Position numbers and translations under genes: made by a program. 64,000 nucleotides of DNA from an uncultured Methanosarcinales archaeon. Its GTDB lineage: Archaea > Nanobdellota > Nanobdellia > Woesearchaeales > GW2011-AR9. The DNA is taken from NCBI GenBank assembly GCA_964594395.1, contig CAZQLW010000001.1, positions 27,579-91,578 on the forward strand, written 5' to 3'. The notes under the pieces are model-generated. The model was given only the letters and a program-made list of their open reading frames with translations. It was not told where the DNA came from and made no database searches. Below, one piece after another: positions 28,515 through 37,609 of this stretch; the stretch's first letter is position 1; each line of letters starts with the position of its first letter.

Positions 28515-29393
28515 ATGGAAAATAGTTTATTTACATTAATTTCGACTAAAGGCAAATACTATTCGTTAGATGATTATATTAACGGCGGGAGGCATTCTTC
28601 AGTTTTTAAGGGTTATTGTTCAAATGATGAAAAGAAAGAACACCCTTTAGCAATAAAAGTTCTTCAACCAGAAATGGAAACTAAAAAAGCTGCAAATATG
28701 ATTGCTAGGGAAGTATACTTTTTACAGAAAACTGAAAGTGATAGTGTTGTTAAGTACATTGACCATTCTTTAACAATCGAAGAACCATATTTAGTGATGG
28801 AATTTGTTCCTAACACCCTTAATGATTTGGTAAAAAAAAATTCTATCACTCAGGAAGTGGTGACTGATTATTTACAACAAATTCCAGAAATCTTGATGAA
28901 TTTAAAAAAATCTAAAGTTTTACACTGTGATTTAAAATGTTCTAATTTAGGTTATAATGATAGAAAAATTAAACTTCTTGATTTTGGGGTTGCAATACTT
29001 TTTGAACATTCATTTTTTAGAAGAGTTAAAGAAGTACCTAACTACAATTCACCGGAATTAAGAGATGATTCATGGGTGACTTCAACTTCTGATATTTATA
29101 GTGCTGGAAAAGTATTAGAGTTTATGCTTACTGGGAAACTGGAAGAATCAGCAGAAGATTCACTTGATAATATTGAATTAATTTATAATAAAAATTTACC
29201 TGATTCATTTAAAACTATCTTTTCTTCAATGGTTGATGAAGATTTTGCTGTTCGACCTAACCCGCAACAATTAAAAGAGATGGCAAATGTTGCTGTTGAA
29301 GATTTAAAAAAAGATACTTATTTTACTCCAGAAGTTTTCACTTTTATTAATAAAGAAAAATTATCATCTTACCCTGCTGACTTATTTTTTTAG
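28515..29393 (+). CDS. eukaryotic-like Ser/Thr protein kinase
   Basis: VAIK-like LAIKVL, catalytic loop HCDLKCSN, DFG (LLDFGVA), APE-like SPE, and DIYSAG (DxWSxG) motifs in canonical order. Confidence 0.7.
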   Translation: MENSLFTLISTKGKYYSLDDYINGGRHSSVFKGYCSNDEKKEHPLAIKVLQPEMETKKAANMIAREVYFLQKTESDSVVKYIDHSLTIEEPYLVMEFVPNTLNDLVKKNSITQEVVTDYLQQIPEILMNLKKSKVLHCDLKCSNLGYNDRKIKLLDFGVAILFEHSFFRRVKEVPNYNSPELRDDSWVTSTSDIYSAGKVLEFMLTGKLEESAEDSLDNIELIYNKNLPDSFKTIFSSMVDEDFAVRPNPQQLKEMANVAVEDLKKDTYFTPEVFTFINKEKLSSYPADLFF

Positions 29394-29629
29394 TTCTTAC
29401 TTAAAATTCTGACCATTTTATAACCAGCAACAACTAACCAGATTATGTTCAATGCTAAGAAGGGCCAGGCAACTAATGTATAGGCGTAATATGATAACAA
29501 TCCTGCTCCAAAGAGGTTAAATAAATTGTATTTAATTGTGTTTTGGTTAAAACTTTTTACAAACTCGTCAAGAATGAAAGCTGTGAGAATAAAAATCATT
29601 CCTACAATTCCAATGGTTAGGTTTAGCAT
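29390..29629 (-). CDS. small 2-TM membrane protein
   Basis: 79-aa ORF made mostly of two hydrophobic helices. Confidence 0.35.
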   Translation of the reverse strand: MLNLTIGIVGMIFILTAFILDEFVKSFNQNTIKYNLFNLFGAGLLSYYAYTLVAWPFLALNIIWLVVAGYKMVRILSKN

Positions 29630-29644
29630 TTTTTATTTTTATTT

Positions 29645-30244
29645 TTATTTTGACGGGGTTTTTCTTAATTGTGTCTGTTTGGTTAAAGCTACAAAGTGTC
29701 TTCCAATTTGTCGAACAATTTTTTGCTGTTTCTCAGAAGTTTTTAATAAACTTTTCAAATATTTTTTGTGCGGTAAATCCATAAAAAATATTATTTGGTC
29801 AAGTGATAAGTTTTGATGTAACAACTCGCTTACCTCCTCATATTGTTGTTGAAGGTCGTTAACCTTTTCAGAGAATGATTTTACTTCATTAATAGTGCTT
29901 TTAATGCTCATAAAATCATCGTTAAGCATTTGATTAGAAAGTACTTCAGACCTCATCTCATCACCGTTAAACGTTGACAATTTCATCTCAATTAAATAAC
30001 GTGAATAATGTTGAAGTTTATTGTTAATAACTTGACTTTCTTCAATATCTTTAAACGTGCTTTGTAATTGTAACAGTTTTTGATTAAGTTCTTTTTTTGT
30101 ACCCTTATCTAATTTTTTTAGAAACGATAAATGTAAATTAGTATTTTTTCTAAAAGGTTTGATCCAACTGTCTTTAAAGTTTTTAAGATCCTTTTCAATA
30201 TTTGGCAAACTGTGTACCTCTTTTCTAATTTCTCTTAAATCCAT
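29645..30244 (-). CDS. coiled-coil protein (hypothetical)
   Basis: 199 aa, heptad-rich and K/E/Q-rich. Confidence 0.4.
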   Translation of the reverse strand: MDLREIRKEVHSLPNIEKDLKNFKDSWIKPFRKNTNLHLSFLKKLDKGTKKELNQKLLQLQSTFKDIEESQVINNKLQHYSRYLIEMKLSTFNGDEMRSEVLSNQMLNDDFMSIKSTINEVKSFSEKVNDLQQQYEEVSELLHQNLSLDQIIFFMDLPHKKYLKSLLKTSEKQQKIVRQIGRHFVALTKQTQLRKTPSK

Positions 30245-30275
30245 TGTTAATCGTATCCTCTATAATTATAAAAAA

Positions 30276-30893
30276 TTATTGTTGTACTTGATCTTTTTTT
30301 GAATTTTTATTGATATGTTTAAGTTCTTTAACATTTTCAACAAATTCTGGAATGACGTCCTTGAAAACTTTACCTACTGCCTTTAATTCTGTACCAACAT
30401 CTTTCATTTGAGTATCATAATCTTCCAACTTTCCAAGAACTCCCTGATGTAATATTTTGAAATCTTCTTTAAGTTTGCCTAGTTCACTTTCTAACTTTTT
30501 GTTTTTATCTTCAAATTCTTCTTTCCAAGCAACAATCTTTTTCACTTCAGCAATTAGTTCATCCCACTTTTCGTCAATCATTCCTTCAGTAATTTCTTCA
30601 ATTCGTTCATAGATGTTACCTTCCTGATCGGCTGTTGGGGCTGCAGGTTGTGGTTCTCCTTCTACTCCTGGTTGTGCTGGGGGCATAGCCATTCCTGGCT
30701 CGTTAGAAGTATTAACTTGTGATGGAGAAGCTGAAGCGTCTGCTTGAGCAATCGCTGCTTGAATTTGATCAGGGGCAATTTTTTCCTTTTTAAGTTCTTC
30801 AATGATTAAATTATCTGTTAAACCGCTTTTTCTTAATTCTAATACCTTGTTAACTGGAGGGCCAGCTTGTTGAAATAATGCCATTATTATCAC
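30276..30893 (-). CDS. coiled-coil protein with Pro/Ala/Gln-rich linker (hypothetical)
   Basis: 205 aa with low-complexity PAQPGVEGEPQPAAP linker and an acidic coiled-coil C-terminus. Confidence 0.4.
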   Translation of the reverse strand: MIIMALFQQAGPPVNKVLELRKSGLTDNLIIEELKKEKIAPDQIQAAIAQADASASPSQVNTSNEPGMAMPPAQPGVEGEPQPAAPTADQEGNIYERIEEITEGMIDEKWDELIAEVKKIVAWKEEFEDKNKKLESELGKLKEDFKILHQGVLGKLEDYDTQMKDVGTELKAVGKVFKDVIPEFVENVKELKHINKNSKKDQVQQ

Positions 30894-30920
30894 CTGCGTT
30901 TTTGTTTTTTTTATTTATTG

Positions 30921-31388
30921 TTAATTAAACGGAACATGCTTTTCGTTTTTTGGATCGTTTTTAATTTTACTTTTTTCACCTTTCTGAATATCTTCTTTAA
31001 TTAATAAAATTTTTGTTTCTACTGCTCGGTCTAAATCTTTCTGAGTTACAAAATTTAATGGACTCCACAAGTCTAAATATTTTTTTAAAGTTTCTACCTC
31101 TTCCATTCCTGCAGTTTTTTTCAACTCTTTAATGATGAGGTCCATTTTTTCTAAGGTTTTTTCATGTTTATGTTTAATTTCTAAAACATCTTCATTAATT
31201 GTTTTAACTTCTTTTGTTAAACTATTTGACCTTTTGATAAAGTCAGTTTTTAATGAATCTACTTCTCTTAAAAGGTTGTTAACTTTACTTTCTAACGCTT
31301 TTACCCAGATGTAAAGTTTAGAGTTGTCAAATCCAGACTTTTCTTCAACTTTTACCGGCTTAGGTTTCCCACCAAGATTTAAGTCCAT
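30921..31388 (-). CDS. coiled-coil protein (hypothetical)
   Basis: 155 aa, heptad-rich. Confidence 0.4.
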   Translation of the reverse strand: MDLNLGGKPKPVKVEEKSGFDNSKLYIWVKALESKVNNLLREVDSLKTDFIKRSNSLTKEVKTINEDVLEIKHKHEKTLEKMDLIIKELKKTAGMEEVETLKKYLDLWSPLNFVTQKDLDRAVETKILLIKEDIQKGEKSKIKNDPKNEKHVPFN

Positions 31389-31466
31389 ATTTACTTAAAT
31401 AAAGAATACAATATAATAAAGTTATGTGAGTACTTCTGAGGAGTATTTGTATTTTGAAGAAGATAA

Positions 31467-31790
31467 ATGTTTATTAACGGAATAAATTTAACCATTAAAA
31501 TGACAAAAGATTACTTAACTGTGATTATTGATTATACAGTAAATGGTCCATTTAAAATTAGTGGAGATTGCAATGATACGGGTAAAATTGAAGTTCTAGA
31601 AACCTTTCTGAGAAACCAAATTGGTGCCGGACCAGACCCCCGTAAACCAGATTATAAAGAAACTTATCAAATCTCTCTTCAATGGCATCCAAGTAATGAT
31701 AAAATTGTAGCTAGCTGTAACACTGGTAATTATGGATTAAGGGATGGAATTCTACAAGATGTTTTGAGAAAAACTTTAAGAGAGACATAA
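31467..31790 (+). CDS. hypothetical protein
   Basis: 107-aa ORF, no motif. Confidence 0.3.
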   Translation: MFINGINLTIKMTKDYLTVIIDYTVNGPFKISGDCNDTGKIEVLETFLRNQIGAGPDPRKPDYKETYQISLQWHPSNDKIVASCNTGNYGLRDGILQDVLRKTLRET

Positions 31791-31807
31791 TCAGAGCAAA
31801 TTACTGC

Positions 31808-31916
31808 CTATATTACATAAATGTCGCACACATTACAAAAATGTAACATCTCTTTAATCAAAACATTTATATACTTATATTACATAAATGTCAGATATGT
31901 TACAAAAATGTAGTAT
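31808..31916 (+). repeat. tandem direct duplication (about 42 nt x2, 66-nt period) of the promoter/5'-end region of the MNT gene
   Basis: CTATATTACATAAATGTCGCACACATTACAAAAATGTAACAT versus CTTATATTACATAAATGTCAGATATGTTACAAAAATGTAGTAT. The second copy contains the MNT start codon. The first copy opens a short 30-codon ORF. Confidence 0.5.
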
Positions 31917-32433
31917 TTTGCAAGTTGCAGGTGTTTTCTTTAATGAGCCGACTAAAGACCATTATTTGACAGAAATCAGCCAGAAAGCTAATCTGGCCCA
32001 TACTGCGGTTAAGAAACATCTTTCAGAACTTAAAAAATTATCTATCATAACAGAACATCATGAAAAAAAAGGCAAAAGAACTTTTCCGATTTACAAAGCA
32101 AACATTAACGATAAAGAATACAAAAAACAAAAGAGAACTTCTAATTTAATCCAGTTACAAGAATCGAAATTAATTGAGTTTCTAAAAGACAATTTAATGC
32201 CAAATTCAATTGTTCTTTTTGGAAGTTATCAAAAAGGAGAAGATATTGAAGATAGTGACATAGATTTATTTATTGAATGTAAAAAAGAAGAAATAAACCT
32301 CAATAAATTTAAAAAGTTACTAAACAGAAACATTCAATTGCATTTTAAAGATAATTTTAAGACATATCCTCAAGATTTAAAGAATAATATTATTAATGGT
32401 TTAATTTTAGTAGGCTATTTGGAGGGTTATTAA
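31888..32433 (+). CDS. minimal nucleotidyltransferase (MNT) with N-terminal wHTH
   Basis: Pol-beta-superfamily NTase motif LFGSYQKGEDIEDSDIDLFIE (GS...DxD) preceded by an HTH-like segment. Confidence 0.7.
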   Translation: MSDMLQKCSILQVAGVFFNEPTKDHYLTEISQKANLAHTAVKKHLSELKKLSIITEHHEKKGKRTFPIYKANINDKEYKKQKRTSNLIQLQESKLIEFLKDNLMPNSIVLFGSYQKGEDIEDSDIDLFIECKKEEINLNKFKKLLNRNIQLHFKDNFKTYPQDLKNNIINGLILVGYLEGY

Positions 32434-32834
32434 TGATTATTAACACGCAACCAGATAAAGCAAAAGCAAAGTCTTTAACTGAGATGGCTAAAATCACATT
32501 AGAACGTTTAAAAGAAACTAATAAAGAAAAATATCCCTCTAATACTTTAACAGATTATTATGATATTATTAGAAAATTAATGGAGGCTTTAAATGCCTTA
32601 GATGGTGTTAAAATAAAAGGGGAAGGGGCACATTTTCAAATAATTGATTATGTTTGTGATAAATACAAACTTCATATTTCTACTAAAGAGTTTATTCAAG
32701 ATTTAAGAGATTATAGGAACAGAATCTCTTACGAGGGATTTAACGTTAAAGATAGTTTTATTGAATCTAATGCCTCTAAGATAGAAAAGATTATTAGTTT
32801 GTTATTAAAATTAATAGATGAAAAAATAAATTAA
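32433..32834 (+). CDS. HEPN-domain protein, partner of MNT
   Basis: All-helical 133-aa ORF immediately downstream with TAATG overlap, in typical HEPN/MNT operon architecture. An R-rich segment (RDYRNRISYEG) sits at the expected position of the HEPN motif, but the conserved His is not evident. Confidence 0.5.
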   Translation: MIINTQPDKAKAKSLTEMAKITLERLKETNKEKYPSNTLTDYYDIIRKLMEALNALDGVKIKGEGAHFQIIDYVCDKYKLHISTKEFIQDLRDYRNRISYEGFNVKDSFIESNASKIEKIISLLLKLIDEKIN

Positions 32835-32849
32835 ACTTTTAAAATAAAA

Positions 32850-35147
32850 ATGATGGTGTTGACAGATAAAAAGTGTTTTGAGTACGAAACTTTCCATGAA
32901 GGAGAGAATAAGATCCTTAAGGTTTCTTTAGAAAAATGTACTTTCCCTCCATCGATTGAGTATAGTGAATTATGTATGGCCAAAATAATCGATGCCTTAT
33001 TAGAAGTTACGGGAGTAACAATCATTACACTTTCACAATTAAGAGAATATGAATACGATTATCCGCAGGTTAAACTTCTTCTTGAACTGGCTTTACTTTA
33101 CAAGAAAATCAATAAAGATGAACGGTACGCTTATTCTGCTTTAGTTACTGACCCTTTACATGAACGGTACATCCGAGGAAGTTATGCAGAATTTCAACGT
33201 ATAATTTCTAAAAGGTTAAAAGAAGATCCGTTCGCAGCTTTTGTTGAACTGAAACGTCTTGAACGGAGAGAAAAAACTAAACTTAACAATCTTATTGATC
33301 AACGGCACGCCACTTCTCAACAAAAGTTTGTTCAAATCATGGTTGACGTTATCCATACAATTGAACAGTTAACAATTATTAAGTTTTTAATGCCGCACAC
33401 TAAAGATTATAAGTTAGGGGAGAGAACAATTTATGGGATAGTTTTACACCCGACAACTAAGCCCGACTTTATGTATACCAAGCTAGTCATCGCTTACCCA
33501 GAAGGTAATTTGAAAGAAAGTTATAATTTCGGGTCTGATAGTGATAAGTGTGAAGTTAACATTTTTGATTTTAATGATAACATTAAAACCCTTTACCATC
33601 TTACTCCGCCAGAATTTAAGTATGACGAAGAAGTGTACGAACTTCTTGATGATGCTAAACGAATCATGTCTGAACATAAGCCAACACGTGAAGAATTTGT
33701 TGACCCTGAACGGATGAGAGAAGTTTTTTTTAACATTGGTAAGGATTTGCTTAACGATTTACTTGAACATAAAAAAATGAAACTTTCTGATGATAAAGTT
33801 GAAGATCTGGCCAGAGCATTATTACGTTACACTGTTGGATTTGGATTAATTGAACTTCTCCTTTCCGATCCGAAAGTTCAGGACGTTAACATTAACGCGC
33901 CTAACGGAGAATTGCCAATTTTTATTGTTCACCAGGATTATGGTGATTGTTACACTAACATTTATCCTACTCGGGAAGAAGTTGATAGTTGGGCAACAAA
34001 ACTGAGATTAATTAGTGGTAGACCTTTAGACGAAGCTAATCCCATCTTGGATACAGAACTTAAAGTTGAAGGGTTCAGTTCAAGGGTTTCAGCAATTACT
34101 GCACCGTTAAGTCCGAACGGTCTTGGATATTCGTTCAGGCGACATAGAGATCACCCTTGGACTTTTCCGTTATATATGCAACCAAAAATCAGGTACATGA
34201 ATGCACTTGGTGCTGGTTTGATAAATTTCCTGATTGATAATAATGCAACTATCCTTGTTGCTGGTACTCGTTCCTCTGGGAAAAGTAGTCTACTTGGCAG
34301 TTTTCTTGTAGAAATGTCCAGGCGGTCAAGGATTATTACAATTGAAGATACTTTTGAACTTCCACAAGAATCGTTACGTATTTTAGGCTATAACATTGAA
34401 TCTTTAAAAGTTGCTTCTGCTTTATCATCTCCGGGAAGTGAAGTTGATCCTTCTATAGGAATTAGAAGTACCCTGCGTTTAGGCGATTCAGCAATTTACG
34501 TGGGTGAAGTTAGAAGTACTGAAGCTATTGCCCTTTTTGAAGCAATGCGGGTCGGTGCTGCTGCAAACGTTGTTGCGGGAACGATTCATGCAGATTCGCC
34601 TTATGGGGTTTATGACCGGGTTGTTAACGATATTGGTGTTCCAAAAACCAGTTTTAAAGCGATTGACATTATTGTTGTTACTAATCCAGTAATTTCGGGA
34701 CTGAAAAAGTATAAACGAATCCTTAAAATTACTGAAGTTAGAAAACTCTGGGATGAAGATCCGTTGAAAGAGAACGCTTTCGTAGATTTAATGGTTTATG
34801 ATCCAAAAACTGACCAGTTGGAAATTACTGACGATTTGATTAACGGCAATTCTGACATCTTGAAACGGATGGCCGGTAAAGTTAAAGAGTTTGCTGGTGA
34901 TTGGGATGCTGTCTGGAATAATATCTTGTTAAGGGGCGACTGTAAAATGGCAGTGGTAGAGTTATTTAACGAGACTAAAGACGAATCTATTTTGGAAGCA
35001 GAGTTTGTTACTAAAGCTAACGATATGTTTCATTTAATTTCTAACCGGATTAGAGAACAAACAGGTAAAATGGATAATAAACGAATCCTGTTTGAGTATA
35101 AAGAATGGTTAAATAAGGAAGTTAAGAAGAAAGACGAGTTTGAGTGA
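32850..35147 (+). CDS. FlaI/VirB11/GspE-family secretion ATPase with long N-terminal extension
   Basis: Walker A VAGTRSSGKSSLLGS followed by IEDTFEL, Asp/His boxes, and FlaI-type N-terminal domain (DPKVQDVNINAPNG). Confidence 0.8.
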   Translation: MMVLTDKKCFEYETFHEGENKILKVSLEKCTFPPSIEYSELCMAKIIDALLEVTGVTIITLSQLREYEYDYPQVKLLLELALLYKKINKDERYAYSALVTDPLHERYIRGSYAEFQRIISKRLKEDPFAAFVELKRLERREKTKLNNLIDQRHATSQQKFVQIMVDVIHTIEQLTIIKFLMPHTKDYKLGERTIYGIVLHPTTKPDFMYTKLVIAYPEGNLKESYNFGSDSDKCEVNIFDFNDNIKTLYHLTPPEFKYDEEVYELLDDAKRIMSEHKPTREEFVDPERMREVFFNIGKDLLNDLLEHKKMKLSDDKVEDLARALLRYTVGFGLIELLLSDPKVQDVNINAPNGELPIFIVHQDYGDCYTNIYPTREEVDSWATKLRLISGRPLDEANPILDTELKVEGFSSRVSAITAPLSPNGLGYSFRRHRDHPWTFPLYMQPKIRYMNALGAGLINFLIDNNATILVAGTRSSGKSSLLGSFLVEMSRRSRIITIEDTFELPQESLRILGYNIESLKVASALSSPGSEVDPSIGIRSTLRLGDSAIYVGEVRSTEAIALFEAMRVGAAANVVAGTIHADSPYGVYDRVVNDIGVPKTSFKAIDIIVVTNPVISGLKKYKRILKITEVRKLWDEDPLKENAFVDLMVYDPKTDQLEITDDLINGNSDILKRMAGKVKEFAGDWDAVWNNILLRGDCKMAVVELFNETKDESILEAEFVTKANDMFHLISNRIREQTGKMDNKRILFEYKEWLNKEVKKKDEFE

Positions 35148-35223
35148 TAATTTTTGATAAATATTTAACATTATCTTTTTAGTTACAAAAATAATTTAAA
35201 CCAGCACATTCTCAAATTAAATA

Positions 35224-36816
35224 ATGGTAGATAAAGGTACTTGTTTAAGGTATTATAAACGTGAAGATGTCCAGAAAGCGATGGTTGAACATGCTCAAAA
35301 TAAAGAGCTTGGTGTTCGTTATGGCGATGGTTTTGGTAAACGGCCAGACGTTTTAATGTATCCTCAGGATGTTTTAGAGTTAGCTAAACAGGGGGTAACT
35401 TCTTTTCATGTTAGTGAAGAAGTTTGGGAAAATCCGTTAATTTTAAACAGTGATATGAACAGAAGAGAACAAGACGAGTTACGTATTGGTTGGGATTTAG
35501 TTCTTGACATTGATTGTCCTGATTGGGAAATATCTAAGTTAACTACCTATTTGTTTATCAAAGCTTTAAAAGAAAATGGGATTAAAGAAATTTCTTGCAA
35601 GTTTTCTGGAAATAAGGGGTTCCATATCGGTGTTCCGTTTGAAGTGTTTCCTAATGAAGTTGTTGGAAAAAAAACAAAAGACATTTTTCCTGAAGGACCA
35701 AAAAAAGTTGCTCAATATTTGTTAAACACTATCACTACTCGTTATGTTCAAGTAAAAGATAACAAAATATTTTTTGATAATGATTATTCTTTTAGTTTAT
35801 CTGAATTGAAAGAAAAGTTTGGTGAACAGCAATTTTTAATTAACCAGTGTGCTAGTTGTCAAAAAGAAATAAAAAAAATTAAAGAAGAAGTGATAGAATT
35901 TATTTGTCCTAAATGTGAGGAGAGGGTAGTTGCTGACCAGGAATTTCTTAAATGTAAAAAATGTAATATCTTGATGAACAAAATGGAACAAACAAAATCT
36001 TTATGTCCCTGCGGTTCAAATGAATACAATTCTATTTTTGACCCTTTATCTATTATTGAAGTTGATACTATTTTAATTTCATCACGTCATTTGTATCGGA
36101 TGCCATACTCGTTACACGAAAAATCTGGATTGGCAAGTTTACCAATAATTCCTAAACAAGTGATGGATTTTGAAAAAAGTATGGCTCACCCTGATAAAAT
36201 TGTAGTTTCTGGAATTAAGTTTCTTGATAGGAACGTTTTGAAAGAATCTGCAAGGATGTTGTTAGTTAACGCTCTTGATTTTGAAGTCAAGATTGAAGAG
36301 GATCGAGATTTTGGTAAAGAAGTTAAGTTTGAAGAACTAAAAATTGAAAGTCCGATTAATGAAGAGTTTTTTCCACCATGTATTAAAAAAGTTCTTGATT
36401 CTGGCTTGGAAGATGGTAAGAAACGGGCAATTTTCATTTTAACAAATTTTCTTGGCAAGATTGGTTGGAACAAGAAAGAGATTGAAAATTATCTTTTAAA
36501 ATGGAACAAAGAAAAGAATTCTGGGAATTTACGTGACAATTATATTGTTAGTCAGATGAAAAGTTTTACTGCTGGTGCAAAATTACCGCCGAACTGTGAT
36601 AATGAAGCTTATTATACGGGAATTGGTATCTGTTTACCTGATACTTTATGTAAAAAAATTAAAAATCCAGTAAATTATACCATTATCAGATGGAAAAGAC
36701 ATTTAAGGGATAGAGAAGAAGATAATCGTCAAAGCAGTAAAAGTAAAACTAAAGAAAATAAAAGTGAAGATAATAAGAATTCTGAAAAAAATAAAAAAGA
36801 AGAAAAATTTGAGTAA
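35224..36816 (+). CDS. priS: DNA primase small subunit PriS fused to a PriL-CTD-like FeS domain
   Basis: PriS catalytic motifs DLVLDIDCPD and SGNKGFHIGVPF, and a Zn-ribbon (CxxC...CxxC). The C-terminal FFPPCIKKVL...PNC...ICLPDTLC resembles the PriL C-terminal 4Fe-4S domain. Confidence 0.75.
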   Translation: MVDKGTCLRYYKREDVQKAMVEHAQNKELGVRYGDGFGKRPDVLMYPQDVLELAKQGVTSFHVSEEVWENPLILNSDMNRREQDELRIGWDLVLDIDCPDWEISKLTTYLFIKALKENGIKEISCKFSGNKGFHIGVPFEVFPNEVVGKKTKDIFPEGPKKVAQYLLNTITTRYVQVKDNKIFFDNDYSFSLSELKEKFGEQQFLINQCASCQKEIKKIKEEVIEFICPKCEERVVADQEFLKCKKCNILMNKMEQTKSLCPCGSNEYNSIFDPLSIIEVDTILISSRHLYRMPYSLHEKSGLASLPIIPKQVMDFEKSMAHPDKIVVSGIKFLDRNVLKESARMLLVNALDFEVKIEEDRDFGKEVKFEELKIESPINEEFFPPCIKKVLDSGLEDGKKRAIFILTNFLGKIGWNKKEIENYLLKWNKEKNSGNLRDNYIVSQMKSFTAGAKLPPNCDNEAYYTGIGICLPDTLCKKIKNPVNYTIIRWKRHLRDREEDNRQSSKSKTKENKSEDNKNSEKNKKEEKFE

Positions 36817-36949
36817 ATTTTATATAATCTGACTTCTTTGAATCTAGAATTATGACTAAAACGTCTATGAACAATTATCATTGGCATTATTAATTCTTAT
36901 TACATTAGTCATTAAACTATAACATTACAATTTTTTTGGAGGTTAAAAA

Positions 36950-37609
36950 ATGAAAGATAAATATTTGATATTTGATATGGACGGTACGTTATACCAATTT
37001 GATAAAGGTAGGAACAAAGATTTTGGTAGTTCTATCTTTTATTCTGATTTAAGACAAAACATTTACCAATTGTTTGTTAAAGAGTTTGGATTTACAGAAT
37101 CTGGTGCAATCAATGAATATAAAAGAATAAAAGAAACATATTCTCATATTAGTTTGGGTGTTGAAAAAGAGCATGGTTTTAATAGATACCAATTCTTTGA
37201 AAACACCTGGAATTTAAATCCAGAAAACTATATCGGTAAAAATATGGCGCTTAAAGATATTTTTAAAATTTTAGATGGAAGAGTAGCAGTCTTAACAGCT
37301 GCACCAAGAATATGGGCAGAAGCTGCTTTGAAATATTTAGGTATTTATGAATTTGTTAAAGATAAACTATTTACTGGCGAACCAGATTTAAGAAAACCTA
37401 ATCCGGAAATTTTTGTTAAAGTAGCAAAATCTTTAGGTACAGCTCCAGAAAATGTTTATTCAATCGGTGACCAGGAACATTCCGATATAATTCCTGCAAA
37501 ACAGATTGGAATGAAAACTATCATTGTTGGTTCAAAGAGCGAACATGCAGATTATCAGATTAATACTATTAATGAACTTATTCCAATAATTGGAGGTAAC
37601 TTAAAATGA
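36950..37609 (+). CDS. HAD-superfamily hydrolase
   Basis: Motif I LIFDMDGTLY. GGAGGT Shine-Dalgarno-like sequence upstream. Confidence 0.7.
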   Translation: MKDKYLIFDMDGTLYQFDKGRNKDFGSSIFYSDLRQNIYQLFVKEFGFTESGAINEYKRIKETYSHISLGVEKEHGFNRYQFFENTWNLNPENYIGKNMALKDIFKILDGRVAVLTAAPRIWAEAALKYLGIYEFVKDKLFTGEPDLRKPNPEIFVKVAKSLGTAPENVYSIGDQEHSDIIPAKQIGMKTIIVGSKSEHADYQINTINELIPIIGGNLK

